DNA from: Capsulimonadaceae bacterium
GTDB taxonomy: Bacteria > Armatimonadota > Armatimonadia > Armatimonadales > Capsulimonadaceae
DNA: 64,000 nucleotides
Direction: 5' to 3'
Assembly (NCBI GenBank): GCA_965215505.1
Contig: OZ244065.1
Span: forward strand, 4,768,001 to 4,832,000
Below, in pieces: positions 34,311 to 43,912 of this stretch. Numbering within the stretch: position 1 is the stretch's first letter; the number at the start of each line of letters is the position of its first letter. Below the pieces are notes generated by a model. The model searched no databases. It saw nothing but the letters and a program-made list of their open reading frames with translations, and had not been told where the DNA came from. Both the position numbers and the translations under genes were made by a program.

Positions 34311-37301
34311 ATGTCCCGGAACAAAACCCATCTCGCCCGCGCCGGACTCGCCCTGCTCGCCGCCTGCTCCGCCGCCTCGGCCTTCGGGCAGGCCCCGACG
34401 CCGCCCTACCAGGACCCGAAGGCCCCCCTGGAGGCGCGCGTCAATGACCTCTTCGACCGGCTGACCCCTGACGAGAAACTGAGCCTGCTGACCGGGACCG
34501 GCTTCACCACGCGGGCCATCCCCCGGCTCGGCGTCCCCGCCATGGCGATGGCGGACGCCGGGCAGGGCGTCCGGGGCGGCATGGACACCACGTTAGGACC
34601 CGCCACCCTTTTCCCCGCCGGAGTCACCATGGCCTCCACCTGGGACCCCGCCCTGGTCGGCCGCATCGGGGCGGCCATCGGGCAGGAGGCGCTTAACAAA
34701 GGCACGGGCGTACAGGTCCTGCTCGGCCCCGCCGTCAACATCCACCGGTCGCCGCTCGGCGGGCGCAACGGCGAGTATTTCAGCGAAGACCCCTACCTCG
34801 CGGGCCGGCTGGCCGTCGGCTACATCCAGGGCATGCAGAGTACGGGCTGCGCGGCCTGCATCAAGCACTACGCCGCCAACAACGAGGAAGTGGACCGGGA
34901 CAACGTCAACGTCCTGGTCGGCGAGCGCGCCCTGCGCGAGATCTATTTGCCCGCGTTTGAGGCGGGCACGACGGAGGGCCACGCCTGGACCCTGATGTCC
35001 TCCTACAACCGGATCAACGGCCCCCACGCCACCGCCAACGAGTACCTGCTGACGGAGGTGCTGAAAAAGGGGTGGGGGTGGGACGGCATGGTCATGTCCG
35101 ACTGGGGCGCGGTCCACGAAACCGCCGCCGTCATTGACGCCGGCAACGACCTGGAAATGCCCGGCCCCGGCTTCCTCGTGCCGAAAAACGTCACGCCCGC
35201 CTTGTCGCGCGGGACGACGACGCAGGCCGACATCGACGCCAACGTCCACCGCATCCTGCGCGCCATCCTCCGCGTCGGCCTGCTTGACGGCCCGCGCACC
35301 CCCGACCACGCCCTCGTCAACTCGCCCGAACACCAGCGTTTGACGTTCGAGGCGGCCTCCAAAGGCATCGTCCTGCTGAAGAACGCGGGCGGCGTCCTGC
35401 CGCTGGACGCCGCAAGGATCAAGTCCATCGCCGTCATCGGGCCGGCCGCCGTGGACATGCAGTACGGCGCGGCGGGCAGCCCCGGCCTGACGCCTTTCTA
35501 CTCCATCAACCCGCTGCAAGGCATCCAGGACGCGGTCGGCCCCTCGGTCGCCGTCAGTTATGTGCGGGGGACGCAGACCGGGACGCCGGTCCCCGCCCCC
35601 GCATTCCTCCTGCCCGACGGCTCCGGAATCGGCCTGCGGGCGGAGTATTTCGCCAACAAGAACCTGGAAGGGACGCCCGCTCTGGTCCGCACCGACGCAC
35701 AGATCCAAGAGGACTGGAACACGAATTCCCCCGCCCCGACCCTGCCGCGCACGAATTTTAGTGTCCGCTGGACCGGTAAGCTGGTCGCGCCGAGGACGGG
35801 CCGCTACGCCCTGTCCCTGACCGCCGACGACGGCTGCCGCCTGTTCCTGGACGGCAAGCAGCTCGTCAACCACTGGATAGACGGCGCGGCCTCCCCGCAG
35901 ACGGTCGGCGTGGACCTGGTCGCGGGCCGTGCCTACGACCTGCGCGTCGAGTACTACCAGAACGGCGGGCTGGCCGTCGCCTCGCTGGACTGGATACTCC
36001 CCGGCCAGGCCCGCTTCACCGAGGCCGTGGAGGCCGCCCGCAGGTCCGACGTGGCCGTCGTCTGCGTCAGCACCGAGGGGACCGAGGGCGAAGGCAATGA
36101 CCGGCCCTCCATGGACCTACCCGGCGACCAGGACGCCTTGATCCAGGCCATTGCTGCTGTGAATAAGAAGACCATCGTCGTCCTGAACAACGGCACCCCC
36201 GTCACCCTGACCGCCTGGCTGGAGCGCGTGCCCGGCCTGATTGAGACCTGGTTCCCCGGCCAGGAGGGCGGGCACGCGCTGGCCGCCGTCCTGTTCGGCG
36301 ACGTCAACCCCTCCGGCAAGCTGCCCGACACCCTGGCCGCTCGGCGCGCGGATTACCCCGATTTCGGCCACTTCCCCGGCACGAAGGGGCATGTGGACTA
36401 TGCTGAAGGCATCTATGTCGGCTACCGGCACTTCGACAAGGCGAAGATCGCGCCCCTGTTCCCCTTCGGCTACGGCCTGTCCTACACCACCTTCCGCTAC
36501 GGCGCTTTGACGCTCGACCGGACGACGCTTGCGCCCGACGGGACGGTCACGGCGAGCCTCGACGTCACCAACACGGGCCGCCGGGCCGGGGCCGAGGCCG
36601 TCGAGCTGTACGTCCACGATCCCAGCCCCAAGATAGACAAGCCGGTGCGCGAGCTGAAAGACTTCGCGAAAGTCGAGCTGGCACCGGGCGAAACTAAGTC
36701 CCTCACCTTCATGCTAAAGCCGCGCGCCCTGGCTTACTGCGACGTTCCCGGCAAGCAGTGGAAGGCGGACGCCGGCGACTACGACATCCAGGTCGGGGCA
36801 TCCTCCCGCGACATCCGGCACCAGGCGCGCGTGCGGCTGGCCGCCGACTACACCCAGCCGATCCCGTTCCTGGGCGAGGTTAGGCCCGCCCCGACCGCCC
36901 CCGCCCGGACGGAGAAAGACCTCGCCGCCGGCCGCCCCGTCACGGCCTCCTCCGTGCAGGACCCCGCCCTCTACAAGCCGGAGGGTGCCGTGGACGGCGA
37001 CGACGCCACGCGCTGGAGCAGCGCCGCCTCCGACCCGCAGTGGATCGCCGTAGACCTGGGCAGCGTCACGCCGGTCAGCCACGTCCTGCTCAACTGGGAG
37101 ACGGCCTACGCCGCCGCCTACAGCATCCAGGTCAGCCTCGACGGCAAGACCTGGACTGACGTCTACAAGACAGCCGACGGTGCGGGCGGCACGGAGGAGA
37201 TCAAGTTCACGCCCACTCCCGCCCGCTTCGTGAGGATGTACGGCACCAAGCGCGCGACCACTTTCGGCTACTCGCTGTTCAGCTTTGAAGTCTACCGCTG
37301 A
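34311..37301 (+). CDS. GH3 beta-glucosidase with PA14, Fn3-like and F5/8 (CBM32) domains
   Basis: GRNGEYFSEDP, IKHY, MSDW, VLLKN, PA14 FSVRWTG/ADDG, FGYGLSYT, C-terminal discoidin; signal peptide. Confidence 0.92.
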   Translation: MSRNKTHLARAGLALLAACSAASAFGQAPTPPYQDPKAPLEARVNDLFDRLTPDEKLSLLTGTGFTTRAIPRLGVPAMAMADAGQGVRGGMDTTLGPATLFPAGVTMASTWDPALVGRIGAAIGQEALNKGTGVQVLLGPAVNIHRSPLGGRNGEYFSEDPYLAGRLAVGYIQGMQSTGCAACIKHYAANNEEVDRDNVNVLVGERALREIYLPAFEAGTTEGHAWTLMSSYNRINGPHATANEYLLTEVLKKGWGWDGMVMSDWGAVHETAAVIDAGNDLEMPGPGFLVPKNVTPALSRGTTTQADIDANVHRILRAILRVGLLDGPRTPDHALVNSPEHQRLTFEAASKGIVLLKNAGGVLPLDAARIKSIAVIGPAAVDMQYGAAGSPGLTPFYSINPLQGIQDAVGPSVAVSYVRGTQTGTPVPAPAFLLPDGSGIGLRAEYFANKNLEGTPALVRTDAQIQEDWNTNSPAPTLPRTNFSVRWTGKLVAPRTGRYALSLTADDGCRLFLDGKQLVNHWIDGAASPQTVGVDLVAGRAYDLRVEYYQNGGLAVASLDWILPGQARFTEAVEAARRSDVAVVCVSTEGTEGEGNDRPSMDLPGDQDALIQAIAAVNKKTIVVLNNGTPVTLTAWLERVPGLIETWFPGQEGGHALAAVLFGDVNPSGKLPDTLAARRADYPDFGHFPGTKGHVDYAEGIYVGYRHFDKAKIAPLFPFGYGLSYTTFRYGALTLDRTTLAPDGTVTASLDVTNTGRRAGAEAVELYVHDPSPKIDKPVRELKDFAKVELAPGETKSLTFMLKPRALAYCDVPGKQWKADAGDYDIQVGASSRDIRHQARVRLAADYTQPIPFLGEVRPAPTAPARTEKDLAAGRPVTASSVQDPALYKPEGAVDGDDATRWSSAASDPQWIAVDLGSVTPVSHVLLNWETAYAAAYSIQVSLDGKTWTDVYKTADGAGGTEEIKFTPTPARFVRMYGTKRATTFGYSLFSFEVYR

Positions 37302-37362
37302 CCTCTATCATCGCCCACACTCCGCGCCCGTAAAGGCGGGTATCATCCTAGGAACACAGCAC

Positions 37363-39822
37363 ATGACATTCACATCAACACTCCGCGCCTGGCTCGCCCC
37401 CGCCCTGCTGGCCGCCGCTGCGACCGCCGCCCACGCCGCGCCGGGGCAGCTCACCGTCCAGGTGGACAAGCCCGGCGTCAAGATCAGCCCCACCTTCTTC
37501 GGCCTGATGACCGAGGAGATCAACCACGCCTACGACGGCGGCCTGTACGGCGAGCTGATCCAGAACCGCGCCCTCAAGGACGACCCGAACGGCCCCGCCC
37601 ACTGGTCCGCCGTTACCAGCGGCGGCGGGACGGGCACGGTGGCCCTGGACACCGCAAACCCCATCGCCGGGACCGCGCTGACCAACTGCCTGCGGCTGGA
37701 CATCACCGCCGCCACGGCGGGCCAGCACGTCGGCGCGGCCAACGAAGGCTATTGGGGCATCCCCGTCAAGCCGAACACCACTTACCGCGCTTCCTTCTAC
37801 GCCAAAGCCGGCCCGGCCTTCACCGGCCCGCTGACCGTGGACATCCAGAGTGCCGACGGCGCGGACGTCCGCGCCACCGCCCAGGTGCCCGCGCTGACCG
37901 CCGACTGGAAGCAGTACACCGTCACGCTCTCCACGGGTGCCGCCGCCCCCTCCACGGCGAACCGCTTCGTCATCTCGGCGAGCGGCGCGGGCACGGTCTG
38001 GCTGTCTCAGGTTTCGCTCATGCCGCCGACCTTCCACGACCGGCCCAACGGCAACCGCATCGACCTGATGCAGAAGATGGGCGACATGCAGCCCGCCTTC
38101 CTGCGCCTGCCCGGCGGCAACTACCTGGAAGGCAACACTCTCGCCGAGCGGTTCGAGTGGAAGGACACGATCGGACCCGTCGCCCAGCGGCCCAGTCATC
38201 AAGGGCCGTGGGGCTACCGCTCCACCGACGGGATGGGCCTGCTGGAGATGCTGGAGTGGTGCGAGGACCTCAAAATGCAGCCCGTCCTGGCCGTCTTCGC
38301 CGGGTACGCCCTGCGCGGCGACCACGTCGCCCCCGGCCCCGACCTGACCCCCTATGTGCAGGACGCCCTGGACGAGATCGAGTATGTGACCGGCGACGCC
38401 AGCACCACCTGGGGCGCGCGCCGCATCAAGGACGGCCACCCGGCCCCGTTCCCCCTCACCTATGTGGAGGTCGGCAACGAGGACAACTTCGACCGCTCGG
38501 GCAGCTACAGCGGCCGGTACGCCCAGTTCTATGACGCCATCAAGGCCAAGTACCCGAAATTGCAGATCATCGCCACCGCCCGCGTCCAGGGCCACACGAT
38601 GGACGTGCTGGACGACCACTACTACCGCTCGGCGGCGGAGATGGCGCGGGACGCGGGCCACTACGACAAGACCGACCGGAACGGCCCCAAGATCTTCGTC
38701 GGCGAGTGGGCCTCCACCGAGGGCAGCCCGACCCCGACCATGCAGGCCGCCTTGGGCGATGCCGCCTGGATGACCGGCATGGAGCGCAACTCGGACGTCA
38801 TCGTCCTGGAGTCCTACGCGCCCCTCCTCGTCAACGTCAACCCCGGCGCGCGCCAGTGGGGGACCAACCTCATCGGCTATGACGCACTCAGCAGCTTCGG
38901 CTCGCCGTCCTACTATGTGCAGAAGATGTTCGGCACCAACCGGGGCGACACCGTCCTGCCCGTCACCCTCGTCCCGCAGGGCGGGGACGCGCCGGTCGCC
39001 GCCCCGCTGCCCACGGGCAGGATCGGCGTCGCCACCTGGGCCACGCAGGCCGAGTTCAAAGACATCCAGGTGACGCAGGGCGGCAAGACGCTCTACTCCA
39101 AGGACTTCACCTCGGGGGACGCCGACTGGGCCTTCCGCCAGGGCACCTGGGTCGCCGCCGACGGCGTCCTGCGGCAGACCGGCACCCTGACCAACTCGCG
39201 GGCCACGGCGGGCGATGCGGCCTGGACCGACTACACCTACCACGTCCAGGCCCGCAAGCTCGGCGGCGATGAGGGCTTCCTGATCGCCTTCCACTTCCAG
39301 AACGCCAACAACTACCTCTGGTGGAACATCGGCGGCTGGGGCAACACCCGCACCGCCATCCAGCAGTTCCGGAACGGCACCAACACCCAGCTCGGCCCCG
39401 ACTTCCCCGTGACGGTCGAGCCGAACCGCTGGTACGACATCAAGGTCGAGCTTCAGGGTCGGCAAATCCGCTGCTTCCTGGACGGCAAGCTGGTCGAGGA
39501 GGTGACCGACACGCCCCCCGCCCCGCCCGCCCCGCTCTACGCCGTCGCCAGCCGCGACACGAGATCGGGCGACGTCATCCTGAAAGTGGTCAACACCTCC
39601 CCCGCCGTCCAGCAGATCCAAATAGACCTGCAAGGGGCGCGCGGCATCGCGAAGACCGCCACGGCTGTGGTCCTGGCCGGCGACCCCGCCGACGTGAACT
39701 CGCTCGACGCGCCCGAAAAAGTCGCCCCGCAGACGACGACAGTGACCGGCGTCGGCGCGACCTTCCTCCACGAGTTCCCCGCCCACTCCGTCACCGTGCT
39801 GCGGGTGAAGGCGCGGAAGTAG
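37363..39822 (+). CDS. GH51 alpha-L-arabinofuranosidase
   Basis: EEINHAYDGGLYGELIQNR, LRLPGG, VEVGNED, VGEWA, SYAPLL; signal peptide. Confidence 0.92.
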   Translation: MTFTSTLRAWLAPALLAAAATAAHAAPGQLTVQVDKPGVKISPTFFGLMTEEINHAYDGGLYGELIQNRALKDDPNGPAHWSAVTSGGGTGTVALDTANPIAGTALTNCLRLDITAATAGQHVGAANEGYWGIPVKPNTTYRASFYAKAGPAFTGPLTVDIQSADGADVRATAQVPALTADWKQYTVTLSTGAAAPSTANRFVISASGAGTVWLSQVSLMPPTFHDRPNGNRIDLMQKMGDMQPAFLRLPGGNYLEGNTLAERFEWKDTIGPVAQRPSHQGPWGYRSTDGMGLLEMLEWCEDLKMQPVLAVFAGYALRGDHVAPGPDLTPYVQDALDEIEYVTGDASTTWGARRIKDGHPAPFPLTYVEVGNEDNFDRSGSYSGRYAQFYDAIKAKYPKLQIIATARVQGHTMDVLDDHYYRSAAEMARDAGHYDKTDRNGPKIFVGEWASTEGSPTPTMQAALGDAAWMTGMERNSDVIVLESYAPLLVNVNPGARQWGTNLIGYDALSSFGSPSYYVQKMFGTNRGDTVLPVTLVPQGGDAPVAAPLPTGRIGVATWATQAEFKDIQVTQGGKTLYSKDFTSGDADWAFRQGTWVAADGVLRQTGTLTNSRATAGDAAWTDYTYHVQARKLGGDEGFLIAFHFQNANNYLWWNIGGWGNTRTAIQQFRNGTNTQLGPDFPVTVEPNRWYDIKVELQGRQIRCFLDGKLVEEVTDTPPAPPAPLYAVASRDTRSGDVILKVVNTSPAVQQIQIDLQGARGIAKTATAVVLAGDPADVNSLDAPEKVAPQTTTVTGVGATFLHEFPAHSVTVLRVKARK

Positions 39823-39888
39823 TCCCCCCGCCTCTGATCCTCCCCCCGGCGCTGTGCGCCGGGGGGAGGATCGAAAAGGAAACCGAAC

Positions 39889-40038
39889 ATGACCGATCAG
39901 CCCCCAACCGACGGTCCCGTTCCTATGATTAAAGAGGAAACCGTCAAGGACGACGGCCGGACCCTGATCTATTACACCTTTCCCAACGGCCAGGACGACC
40001 CGGCACCGCCTGTCATCCCGGAGGCCGCCCATGTCTGA
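39889..40038 (+). CDS. 49-aa small protein overlapping the galT start
   Basis: AAAAGGA RBS; MTDQPP...KDDGRTLIYYTFP...HV*; TGA lies within ATGTCTGA. Confidence 0.6.
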   Translation: MTDQPPTDGPVPMIKEETVKDDGRTLIYYTFPNGQDDPAPPVIPEAAHV

Positions 40039-41011
40039 GCTACGCTGGCATCCTATCCTGGAAGAGTGGGTCATCACGGCGACCCAGCGGCAGGACCGCA
40101 CCTTCTTCCCGCCGCCCGACTACAACCCGCTCGCCCCGACAAAGCCCGGTGGCTTCCCGACCGAGATTCCGCGCCCCGAGTACGACATCGTCGTCTTCCA
40201 GAACAAGTTCCCCTCGCTCCAGCCGCACCCGCCCGCGCCTTCTGTCGAGGGCACCGCCCTGACACCCGTGCTGCCCGCCGTCGGCGAGTGCGAGGTCATC
40301 GTCTATACGCCCCAGTCCGACGCCACACTGGCCGAGCTTCCGTTAGAAAAGATCGAACACCTGGTCTGGGTCTGGACCGACCGCTTTGCCTCTTTGGAGG
40401 CGCTGCCCGAGATCAAGTACGTCTTTTTCTTCGAGAACAAGGGCCGCGCGATTGGCGTCACCCTGGCCCACCCGCACGGCCAGCTCTACGCCTATCCCTT
40501 TATCCCCCCCCGCCTCCAGACCGAGCTGAACGCGGCCAAGAAGCACTGGGACGCGCACGGCACCAACCTCTTCCTGGACGTGCTGAAGCAGGAACTGGAA
40601 GACGGCCGGCGCGTCGTCACCCAGAACGACAGCTTCGTGGCGACCGTCCCGTTCTTCGCCCGCTACCCGTATGAGGTCCACATCACCGCCCGCGCAGCCG
40701 GCAAGGCGGCCCTGACCGACTTCACGCGCGCCGAGCAGCGCGATCTGGCGGCGATCCTGAAGACGGTCCTGGTCAAGTACGACAACCTGTTCAACGTCTC
40801 GCTGCCATACATCATGGCCCTGCACCAGCGGCCAACTGACGGTGGCGACTACCCCCATTACCAGTTCCACATCGAGTTCTACCCGCCGAACCGGACGAAA
40901 GACAAGCTGAAGTATTTAGCCGGGTCCGAGGCGGGCGCGGGGACCTACATCAACGACACTCTTGCGGAGGAGAAAGCCGCCGAGCTGCGCGCCCTGGAGC
41001 CGCGCGTGTAG
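40031..41011 (+). CDS. galT: Galactose-1-phosphate uridylyltransferase
   Basis: RQDRT, NKFP, FENKG, HPHGQ catalytic motif, KLKYLAGSE. Confidence 0.95.
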   Translation: MSELRWHPILEEWVITATQRQDRTFFPPPDYNPLAPTKPGGFPTEIPRPEYDIVVFQNKFPSLQPHPPAPSVEGTALTPVLPAVGECEVIVYTPQSDATLAELPLEKIEHLVWVWTDRFASLEALPEIKYVFFFENKGRAIGVTLAHPHGQLYAYPFIPPRLQTELNAAKKHWDAHGTNLFLDVLKQELEDGRRVVTQNDSFVATVPFFARYPYEVHITARAAGKAALTDFTRAEQRDLAAILKTVLVKYDNLFNVSLPYIMALHQRPTDGGDYPHYQFHIEFYPPNRTKDKLKYLAGSEAGAGTYINDTLAEEKAAELRALEPRV

Positions 41012-41027
41012 CCGTCAGTCAACCGCC

Positions 41028-43886
41028 ATGAATAAAACCTTCTCCCTCCTTAGCCTCGTATTCGCCCTGAGCGCGCCCCGCCTCGCCACCCAGGCCGCGC
41101 CCGCCCCGCGCCAACACCTGCGCTTCGACGCGGGCTGGCGCTTCCACCGGGGGGACGCCCCCGGCGCGGAGCGGGCTGGCTTTGCCGACGCCTCCTGGCG
41201 GCGCGTGGATCTGCCCCATGATTGGAGCATCGAAGACCTGCCGCCCTTGACCACGCCCCAGACGCCGAGCCTTTCCGTCGCGGCGGGTCAATGGCGGTTC
41301 ACATTAGGCGACGACCCCACCTGGAAGAGCGCCGACTTCGACGACTCGGCCTGGAAGACCGTCACACTCCCAGCCTACTGGAGTACGCACCTCACCGGCG
41401 ATTTCACCAATAGGTTCGGCTGGTATCGCCGCCGCTTCCCGGTCCCCGCCGCCTTGCGCGGCCATGACGTTCTCCTGCTGCTCGGCAAGGTAGACGACTC
41501 CGACGAGACGTTCGTCAACGGCGTCAAGGTCGGCGGGATGGGGGCCTTCCCGCCGAACTACGAGACGGCATACTCCGCCACGCGCCGCTACCTCGTCCCG
41601 GCCGGTCTGCTGAAGGGCGACGGCACGGACCTCGTCGCCGTGCGCGACTACAATGGCGGCGGCGACGCGGGCATCTACGAGGCCGCCGCATTGCCGGACC
41701 GCAGCGGCCCGTTCGACGCCGAGAGCGAGGGCGGGGCGGCCCAGGGCTTTACCGAGGGCGGCGTCGGCTGGTATCGCAAGCCGTTCGCGCTCCCCGCAAG
41801 CCTCAAAGGCAAGCGCCTGAGCGTGACGTTTGACGGCGTGTACATGGACTCCAAGGTCTGGCTTAATGGGCACCTGCTGGGCACACACCCCTACGGCTAC
41901 ACAGGGTTTTCCTATGATCTGACCCCCTATGCCCGGCTGGGCGGCGCATCGAATGTGCTGGCCGTCCGGGTAGACGCCAGCGGTAAGACGAGCCGCTGGT
42001 ACTCGGGCGCGGGCATCTACCGCCACGTCTGGCTGACGGCGACCGCGCCCACGCACATCGCCCAGTGGGGCGTCTACGTCACCACGCCAAGTGTCAGCGC
42101 CCGAACCGCGACCGTGCGCGTCCGCACGACGATTGACGGGCGGGTCAAAGGGCAGAGCCTGACCCTGCTTTCGATCCTCGTAGATGCACACGGCTTGCCC
42201 GTCGGTGCGGCTGCGGACGGCGGGCCGCGCGTTGCTGAGTCCGGTACGTTGGACCAGCAGTTTGAAGTCGCCCAGCCCCGCCTCTGGTCCCCGGATACGC
42301 CGACGCTCTACCATCTGGTCAGCACTGTCAGCATCAATGGCAAAGTCATGGATCGGACCGAGACGCCGTTCGGCATCCGCTCGCTCTCCTTCGATGCGAC
42401 TCACGGCTTCCTGCTGAACGGCAAATCCCTGAAACTGCGCGGCGGGTGCGTCCACCACGACGACGGCCCGCTCGGGTCGCGCACCTACGACCGGGCCGAG
42501 GAGCGCCGCGTGGCCCTGCTGAAAGCGGCCGGGTTCAATGCCATCCGCACGAGCCATAACCCTCCCTCGCCCGCCTTCCTGGATGCCTGCGACCGGCTGG
42601 GCGTCCTGGTCATGGATGAGGCCTTCGACTGTTGGAAGTACGGCAAGAACCCACAGGATTATGGCCGGTTCTTCGACGCCAACTGGAAAAGCGACATAGA
42701 CAGCATGGTGCAGCGCGACCGCAACCACCCCAGCGTCGCCCTGTGGAGCATCGGCAACGAGATCCCCGAACAGAACGGCCCGGAAGCCGGCCCGCGCGGC
42801 GCGATGCTGGCCGGCGAGGTACGCGCGTTGGACCCGACGCGCCCCGTCTCCCAGGCGACCAACCCCGACGCCGACAAATTGGAGCCGCTGCTGGAACACC
42901 TCGACGTTGCCGGCTACAACTATCAGGCCGGACGGTTCGCCGCAGACCACGCCAAGCACCCGGACCGCGTGTTCGCCCAGACCGAGTCTTTTCCTAATGA
43001 CTGCTTCAACTCCTGGATGCAGGTCGTGGACCACCCCTACGTCGTCGGCGACTTCGTCTGGACCGCCCTCGACTATCTGGGCGAGGCGGGCATCGGGCGC
43101 GACATCTACCCCGGCGAGGGCGGCGGGTTTGTCGGCGATTACCCCTACGCCGTGTCCGGTTGCGGCGACCTCGACCTGACCGGCACCCGCAAGCCGCAGA
43201 GCTACTTCCGGGGCATTATGTGGGACACTGGCCCGCGCGTCGTCGCCTTCACGGACGCCGTAGCCGAGGGCGAGCCGGGCTACAAGGTCAGCGGCTGGGG
43301 CTGGCCCGATGACCGCGCGAGCTGGACCTGGCCCGGCTCAGAAGGCAAAAACCGGACCATCCGCGTCTACGCCAACACCCCCCGCGTCCGCCTGCTGCTG
43401 AACGGCCGCGACTTGGGCGAGAAGGAGACGACGCGGGCCACGCACGACACGGCTACTTACACCGTCCCCTACGCGCCGGGCGAACTGGCCGCCGTCGGCC
43501 TGGACGCGGGCGGCAAAGAGGTTTCGCGCTGGACCCTGAACACGACCGGCCCGGCCGCCGCCCTGCGCCTGACGCCGGAGCGTACCATCATCGCCGCCGA
43601 CGGCCAGGACCTCGCCTACGTCCAGGTCGAGGCCCTGGACGCGCAGGGCCGGCTGGACCCGAACGCCGCCGCCCTGGTCCATTTCTCCGTAAGTGGACCG
43701 GGCCGGATCGTCGCCGTCGGCAGCGGCGACCCGCGCAGCAAGGAGAGTTTTCAGCAGCCCCAGCGCCGGACCTTCCGGGGCCGTTGCCTCGTCATCCTCC
43801 AGTCGTCCGAGCGCGCCGGGACGCTCCACCTGACCGCCCAGGCCGACGGCCTGAAAGGCGCGGCCACGGCCGTGACCGTGCGATAG
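41028..43886 (+). CDS. GH2 beta-galactosidase/glycoside hydrolase
   Basis: LPHDWSI, FDGVY, SRWYSGAGIYR, IRTSHNPP, DRNHPS..WSIGNE, WTALDYLGE; signal peptide. Confidence 0.92.
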   Translation: MNKTFSLLSLVFALSAPRLATQAAPAPRQHLRFDAGWRFHRGDAPGAERAGFADASWRRVDLPHDWSIEDLPPLTTPQTPSLSVAAGQWRFTLGDDPTWKSADFDDSAWKTVTLPAYWSTHLTGDFTNRFGWYRRRFPVPAALRGHDVLLLLGKVDDSDETFVNGVKVGGMGAFPPNYETAYSATRRYLVPAGLLKGDGTDLVAVRDYNGGGDAGIYEAAALPDRSGPFDAESEGGAAQGFTEGGVGWYRKPFALPASLKGKRLSVTFDGVYMDSKVWLNGHLLGTHPYGYTGFSYDLTPYARLGGASNVLAVRVDASGKTSRWYSGAGIYRHVWLTATAPTHIAQWGVYVTTPSVSARTATVRVRTTIDGRVKGQSLTLLSILVDAHGLPVGAAADGGPRVAESGTLDQQFEVAQPRLWSPDTPTLYHLVSTVSINGKVMDRTETPFGIRSLSFDATHGFLLNGKSLKLRGGCVHHDDGPLGSRTYDRAEERRVALLKAAGFNAIRTSHNPPSPAFLDACDRLGVLVMDEAFDCWKYGKNPQDYGRFFDANWKSDIDSMVQRDRNHPSVALWSIGNEIPEQNGPEAGPRGAMLAGEVRALDPTRPVSQATNPDADKLEPLLEHLDVAGYNYQAGRFAADHAKHPDRVFAQTESFPNDCFNSWMQVVDHPYVVGDFVWTALDYLGEAGIGRDIYPGEGGGFVGDYPYAVSGCGDLDLTGTRKPQSYFRGIMWDTGPRVVAFTDAVAEGEPGYKVSGWGWPDDRASWTWPGSEGKNRTIRVYANTPRVRLLLNGRDLGEKETTRATHDTATYTVPYAPGELAAVGLDAGGKEVSRWTLNTTGPAAALRLTPERTIIAADGQDLAYVQVEALDAQGRLDPNAAALVHFSVSGPGRIVAVGSGDPRSKESFQQPQRRTFRGRCLVILQSSERAGTLHLTAQADGLKGAATAVTVR

Positions 43887-43912
43887 CTCACTGCCGCGCC
43901 CAAGGAATACAT

